Positions 57,368 through 64,000 of a stretch of 64,000 nucleotides of DNA are shown in pieces (the first letter of the stretch is position 1; each line of letters begins with the position of its first letter). The notes beneath the pieces are model-generated. The model worked only from the letters and a program-made list of their open reading frames with translations, had not been told where the DNA came from and did not search any database. The DNA is from Massalongia carnosa. Lineage: Eukaryota. The stretch spans positions 62,001 to 126,000 of the forward strand of contig OZ287085.1 of assembly GCA_965645245.1 (NCBI GenBank), written 5' to 3'. A program made the translations under genes and the position numbers.

Positions 57368-60215
57368 TTAAATAGAGCTCTGTGTAGGTTCTTTGTGCGG
57401 AGGCATACTTTCAAAATTAAACTCGAGAAAGGTAAGATAACCGGATGCATGTGCCAAGCAGATAAAGTTCCCGCAAACAGCTATACACGTCGATCGATAG
57501 TCGGACGGAAGCCAAAGAAGACGTTGTTCTTTAAAAGCTATCCAGTGACGTCCAACAAAGACAGAACATAGCTCTTTATTCTGACGGAAAGGAGCACTAT
57601 GGAGAGATAAAGGAATGGAGATTTGCGCTCTACTCGTCTTTAGATGTGAACCATCTGGAGAAAAAGATAGAGTTTCAATTATTTCATCAAGCCAAAGTGT
57701 GCTGCGGCAAGACCCTGTACTTGCGTCCCAGAGCCGGATCGTGTTGTCGCCCGAGCCAGACGCTATCAGCTGGCCGTTCGGCGACAAGGCTACAGCGTCC
57801 ACTCAGTGTGAGTGACCCTCGAGCGTGCTGCGGCAAGACCCTGTACCTGCGTCCCAGAGCCGGATCGTGTTGTCGCCCGAGGCAGACGCTATCAGCTGGC
57901 CGTTCGGCGAGAAGGCTACAGCCCTGAGCCAGTCCGAGTGACCCTCGAGCGTCTGCAATAAGGCATTCCAATCTTTTTGCACCTTTGATAGCCTAGTAAT
58001 CCATTTGGGAACATGGTCGTCGAATGTTTTCCGTGTTATACTCATCTCTGGAGCGAAGATTAAGGCTGAAGAATAGAGTTGTAGAGGTGCCTCTTCTAGT
58101 ATTGATCTGTTCCACAGGGCAAAGCGCTTTCCATCGTGAAGAAAAGCCGATATCGCGGCACTTTTATCGGCCTAGATTGACAAGTAAGGATAGGAACCAA
58201 TAAAAAAGGCCTAAAAATACCTTACATCTGTAAGTGGTTGCAGGCTTTTAATTATACGAATGCTATCGGATGCCTCTCCCATCAGACTCATAGCTTCTAG
58301 CCAGTAAAGGAAGTACTTTTGTAGAAATACGTGAACTAGGTCTCCGTCACGGATACAGCCTTTACTCTGCTCTAAGTGGTGCGCCCAGTAGCGGCAGGCG
58401 TATCGAACTTCTAGTGACAAAGCATTGCCTATTATCTGGTTATTGACCTCGCTTCTTAGAGTTCCAGACCTCGTTAGGTTGCACATGTTTTGCCTTAGAC
58501 CCTTTGGACTGGACATTAGTTGAAGGCACTTGCTAGCTAACCTCGTATGCGTTCCCCGCTCTTCTACCCAGAATGAACTCTTTGCATGATTTTGAGTATC
58601 AAGGAGAAAGTCACGAAAAGATAAATGTAGAAGCCTTATGGGCATATCCTCGTCGACAGGGATGCTGAGCACAGAGTGTAGTAAGTCTAGCCTGCAGCTA
58701 ATATCCTCTTTAGGAATATCAAGGAGGTGTGCAAGTGAGACAATCGAGAGGGGACTCTCCAGGACGACAATACTCCCGACCAATTCTCGGAATTCGCTAG
58801 TCCTCCTCTCTTTGTCTACCTCATCTTCATCATCAAATAACTGGTTTAGAATGGGAAGATACGTCCTATCCAGCTTGGAGACCTGATTTGCCGTTTGATA
58901 CTGAAGAACGATCTCCAAACGCCTTTTAGGATTTTCCCGTTTATCTTCAATAAATCGACAGGCTGTGGCAGCGAAGATAAACAGGGGAATGGCCATCTCA
59001 ACTAGGGCCTAGATTTGGTTCTTACTAGCCCAGCCTAGGGGCAACGAGCGCTGCTCGCCTATTACCCTGAGCTCATGCTCTAAGAAGAGCGCTATGTCGT
59101 GTTCAATTGTCTTCTTTGGTATGTCGTGAAGAATTAGGTCCTGAAACACGAATGGGGAGTTCCGGTCTGCTCGTTACAAAAGCCCTTAACGAGATCGGCT
59201 CAAGACACTTAGTTCGTGCGAGAAGTTGAAGGATTGCTTTTATATCTTCATCTCGCTCGCACTCGTCTAACGCGTCTATTACGATAACTAGTCCCAATAC
59301 ATTTGGAGGAGCCTGCTTCAGTTCCGAAAGTGGCTGAAGGATCAACTTCTCAAACTGTTCTTTTAGAGCTTTATCGGAAATCGCTGGGTCAGCATCGATT
59401 GCTTTCGCTATGCCTGATATTAACCCTGGTACATGAGTCATCAGATCTTTGGCGATAGTGGTGAAGAATCTGCCCGCAGTTCCTCGGTCACCCTCGCTTT
59501 TCTTGAAGAAAAAGCTTGCACCAAGCTGACCTTCATCGGCAAATAGTCGGGCAACAGTCCGTGCAATCGTAGACTTTCCAATGCCAGCCATACCGTTTAG
59601 CCAGAATATGGGTTTGCCATACCCGTCCTTTGCCCATTCCTTAATTTGACGCTGCAGCTCCACTCTAGTATTTGCAAGGCATCTTGCATTGTGCTCCTCT
59701 ATGTGCGAGTCGAATGACGCTCCATTAGCGACCGGCAGTTTGGCGAAGTCGATCTTCTGATGAAGGTTGTCGGTCTTCTTGTCAATCAGGTTCATCTTCT
59801 GATCGACGTCCAGCATGATGCCCCTACATAGATTGTCGGCCACCCTCGTCCACAACAAGACACGGGAGCTCAAGGACTCACATTTGATTTGGAGTGCTAG
59901 ATTGTAGGTCTGCTCGTAGCTTTCAAGACTAGCGACAAGATTTTCCACTTTCTCGCTCATAAAAGGCCATTGCAAAGATCGAACCCCAAACCGGCTCATG
60001 GCCTTGCGAGTCTTCCCGGGCTTCAGCTGCGAATTCAGCTCTTCTAGCTGCAGAAAGCATTCTTTGAGCGAGCCAGTTAACTTGTGGGTAGTCGAAAGCC
60101 GCGTTTTGTCCCGCCCATCCAATAGCTTCTTGACTTCTTCGAGGACGTCTTTGATGTCGCTAACCTTCCCTTCAAGGCGTTCGATGTCCTTCTTCGCATT
60201 CTTGACGCTGGTGGA
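57368..60215 (-). pseudogene. NACHT-WD40 (HET-E/NWD-like) NLR pseudogene
   Basis: WLNGMAGIGKST (Walker A), VIVIDALDEC, VTSRPE, LHLSFRDFL and two 126-bp WD40 units ([14 protein letters not shown]). Frameshift ~59140, stops ~59010 and 57803, start missing. Confidence 0.9.
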
Positions 60216-60429
60216 CTACTTTGTAGCCTAACCCCAGAAAGGTCAGGCAGTAGGCTAAAGAGGTTTAGCTTAGTGGGAGTTATACAACACCTACAGTACA
60301 GTATCCCTCCTAGAGACTTCTGAATGTTCATGATCCACCTCAATATCACAGACAACCTCAAGCTGTTTCAAGCGCCTCATCAAGCTCAAATGTGATGGAC
60401 GCACAGACTTGGCCACGGAATGCAGTAGT

Positions 60430-60501
60430 TATCCCGCTTACACGCCTGGTGCCGTCCGTCACGGTGACAACTTCACTCGCCCCCAGCAAGCTGGTGCGTT
60501 T
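60430..60501 (-). repeat. 72-bp fragment matching the 5' end of the solo Ngaro A repeat
   Basis: Reverse complement of 45565-45636 with 2 mismatches. Confidence 0.85.
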
Positions 60502-60779
60502 CTCCTTCTCACGGAAGGATGCAAGGTGTGCGCAGTTACAGGAAACTCTGCAGAATATCTCTGCTTTTGCCTACTTCTAGATAGCCTTTCTTAAGCTTCA
60601 TGAGACTGGCTATATTACATCATCTGTTGTGTTACTCTTATGCGCATGCAGACCTGTGCCGCCCTTTCAATTCAGTCTTCCCGAACTAGTGCTGACCCCG
60701 AAGAAAAGCCCAAAAAATATATATAATCTCGTGAAAACCGCTGAATGACTTTCCTGTTCGCTTTTTGCCCGACAAAGCC

Positions 60780-62187
60780 ATGTCGATGACTCTGTATCCC
60801 TCATCTCTGCCGAGCACGCTTTCAAACCCCATCACGCCCTTCCTCTTATCCCTCCTCACGTACATTTTTGTACTCGGCTTCACCCAGCAAACCAGTTCCA
60901 TCCGCACGTCTGCGCTTCCCCTGATGATAGGCTATCTTTATTTCTCGCTCACCCTCCCTTACAACAAAGATCAATTCAACCACCCCATCTATCCGAACTT
61001 GCTAGGCGGCAGCACCTGCTCCATGCTACTCCAATACATCGATACGATTCTCATCAGAAAAGTATCCTTCGACAACTTCAGCCCGCCAACACCTCAAAAG
61101 ACTCGACGCGGGAGGACTCTTGCCAGAACACCCCTCGCAGTTGATTTAGTGTGGCAGCGCTTCCTCTTCGGCTTTTCCTCCGTTTTCTCCAGTCGCGGCC
61201 TCGGCACTCCGGGAGAAGTTAAAAATCTTCCCCCTTTCTCGCTGTCCGACCCCGACTACATCCCCTCACGCGCCAGATTTCTCGGCACAAAAGCAACCCA
61301 GTGCCTCATTCACCTGCTTATCCTCGACCTCAGCAGCCTCGGCGCCCGCTCCCCGACCGACCCTGACGTTTTCGGTTCGGATCATGTGCCCTTCCTCACA
61401 CGTCTACACGCTGTCTCGGCGGAGGAAATTGCACTTCGAGTTATTACTTCGATGGCGACCGGAATCGTCACTTACAGCCTTTTTCAGGCCATCTATTGCT
61501 TCCTGGCCTTTGTAACTGTTGCCCTGGGGCTCTCAGACCGCGCATCATGGCGCCCTCTCTACTGCTCCCCGCTAGATGCATGGTCGATCCGTCAGTTCTG
61601 GGGGTATGCCCTACGCGTCCTCTTTTCCGCTCCTCCTGACCGCTGACCATTAACATTCTCACAGAGCATTCTGGCACCAAGCCCTCCGCCTGAAACTCTC
61701 CACCCCCTCGCAGTACCTCACCTACAAAGTCTTGCGGCTCCGGCGAGGATCATTTGTGGGGCGCTACCTTGCTGTTTTCCTGACTTTTGCCATGTCTGGG
61801 CTATTGCACTTGTGCGGTGATGTCGCAGCGGGGATCCACTGGCGCGAGTCAGGCGTGTTACAATTCTACTGCACACAGGCGCTGGGCGTGGTGATTGAGG
61901 ATCGGGCACAGGCCCTTTATCATTACTTTGAGAGGGGCCGACGAAAGAGGCAACCGGCTCAGCGGCCGATGAAACGATTAGATCCAGCCCAAAAAGTCAG
62001 CCGGATAGCGAAAGAGGTTCCGAGTAATGGGGTAAACCAACGACCTGCGTTGTGGAAACGACTCATTGGATACCTATGGGTGATTGTATGGATGGTGTGG
62101 TCGATGCCCGTGTGGACGTATCCCGTGTCGCAGCGGAACAAGGGGGAAGGGGTTTTGCCGTTCGGGTTTTTGCGGCACTTTATTTAA
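60780..62187 (+). CDS. Membrane-bound O-acyltransferase (wax-synthase/Tri7-like MBOAT)
   Basis: Hydrophobic; WRPLYCSP..WSIRQFWG|AFWHQALR and FAMSGLLH motifs; intron 61604-61664. Confidence 0.85.
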
Positions 62188-62707
62188 GCCTGTTGACTGG
62201 CGAGACTTGGTGGGACAGAAGGGGCGCGGATGGAGCGAGAACGTGGCGTAGGAGGACGTGCTCCACAATGTGATGACTGATGAGGGAGGGGAGGAGGGGG
62301 AGAGGGCCAGGATCGCTCGATTTCGAGACACCCCTCGGTCGCGAAAAAGAAACTTATTTTTACTCATTGATCCTACTTTGGACATTTTGATCAAATTCCC
62401 AATCATCTTGATGTCTTGATTTAACCAAGGCGGCGGGGGAGGAGGAAGACACTCGTCGTGTTCGAAAGTGTACCAAGTCTAATACGGTCAATGGGCTCAA
62501 GGATATAAATTGCGACATGCAGCTGGTATCAAATGTTCGAATTTCGATCGATTCAAACCAAAATAATCACAGTTTAACTATATACGTTTTGGATTTTCAT
62601 CACATATCATAAGACAAGCAAAGAAGAAAAAGTAGCCAAAAAAAGGAAGAAGGGGGGAAGAGGGTGTATTCCATGACAACCTCGTTGAACCCGTTTCGCC
62701 TTTCGCG

Positions 62708-64000
62708 CTAGGACTCGAATAACTTGAAGCCTCCAGGCACGGCCCTCTGAAATAGGGCATGCGGATCATACTTCCGGCTCACGTTCCTCAACCTGTCCCG
62801 ACCATCGTCCCCGTACCCGGCAAACGGCTGCTGAAACCGGGCGGCGTAGTTCGCATACTTGAACGGATGGAACACCCCGCGGGCCTTGGCGCGCGCGTCG
62901 ATGGCGTCGAGGAGACGTTGCGCGTGTCGCCCGATCCGGCTATCGGACAGGGGAGACGTCCACGTGATGGAGACGAGGAGGATGACAAGGGTCCGCTCGT
63001 TTGCGGCCAGGCCGAGGGAGTTCCCGCCTTGGGCGCGGGATTTCTCTGTCATGGGCACGACCAAAGGTTCCAGCAGGGCCGAGGCTACGAGACCCGGGGT
63101 GGAGGCGATGTCGGCAGTGAATGTTTTCCAGAGCTCAAGGACGGAGAGGAGAAAGGACAGGTTGTTTTGGAAGGTGGTGGTGTAGAACATGTTTCTATCC
63201 CGAGGTCCGTCAGTTGTGACGATTTCGAAGTTGGGTGGGGGGAGCAAACGAGGCCTTACCGGGCACCTAGGGCCTTAGCTGCACCTACATCCAGGGTGAA
63301 TTCTGTGTGATTTGCGAATCTCATGTTGTTGCCTAGTTGCGGCTTAATTTCCGTAAAAGAGCGGTAGACGGCTGGGTTAGATTCTGGCTTGGTGTACGTC
63401 AGGGAGTTGAGCACGTAGTGTTTGCCGGCTGTGAATCCATGAACTTGAAACATGGAGGCAAACTCATCATAATTTGTTGCGGTTCCGAAGTCGTGAAATG
63501 CTACAAGCTGTTTGGGTGCCGTGGAGTGATCGTAAGTGATCGTACCGCCCCAAAATTTACCCTGAGGGAAAGTCTTCAGGTCGAAGCGGGTCACAATTCC
63601 AAAGTTGTTGGTTCCTCCACGCAACGCTATCCATAGGTCTCGGTTTTCTTTGGCGTTGGCGTTGACGATCTGGCCATTGGGAAGGACGACTTCAAAGTTT
63701 TTGACATTGTCACAGACAAAACCTTTTCGTGGGGAAAGAAAAGATATTCCTCCTTCTCGGAAGAATGAGTCTTTAGCGAGAATACCGACGAAGTCAAAGA
63801 GTTTTGCCTACCTCCTATTATGAGGCCTCCAACTCCAACAGTGAAGACTCGACCCCCAGCGACAGTCAGGTTCATAGCATCGAGCTCGAGATAAACATCG
63901 CCCCAACGAGACCCAGGCCCAACAAAAGCAACGGTTCTATCTAGACTGACCTCGACTTGCCTCATGGAGCTTAAATCAATCGTCACCCCTTCATTGATAT
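62708..64000 (-). CDS. FAD-linked oxidoreductase (BBE/VAO-type), multi-exon, 5' end outside window
   Basis: VGPGSRWGDVY, VGVGGLIIGG, LRGGTNNFGIVTRF, YANYA and KYDPHALFQRAVPGGFK motifs. Confidence 0.9.

Overview
Fungal (filamentous ascomycete-type) accessory region packed with nested mobile elements, with spliceosomal introns and no RNA genes or CRISPR detected. The backbone of the left half is a ~5 kb inverted duplication (NB-ARC/TPR NLR 3' end, ankyrin relic, phosphoketolase pseudogene) around a spacer that holds an intact formate/nitrite-transporter gene. The left arm carries three insertions whose empty sites are visible in the right arm. Mobile elements: three divergent Ngaro/DIRS-type tyrosine-recombinase (YR) retrotransposons (two apparently intact), a solo A-spacer-B remnant of a fourth family, two Ty3/Gypsy elements, one Ty1/Copia, a Tc1 transposon nested in a YR gene, a non-autonomous TIR element and a solo LTR. 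Host-type genes: a putative caspase/legumain-fold protease, a NACHT-WD40 pseudogene, an MBOAT acyltransferase and an FAD oxidoreductase. The most striking signal is an expression scheme conserved in all three Ngaro elements. Gag and RT/RNaseH are in frame across a single TGA-CTA readthrough-type stop. A conserved intron (GAAG|GTAYGG ... GCTRAC-N15-CAG) would fuse the Gag N-terminus in frame to the YR. The B repeats also share a covarying RNA stem and a palindromic B/A junction. All comparisons were made by eye, and novelty relative to the literature could not be checked.
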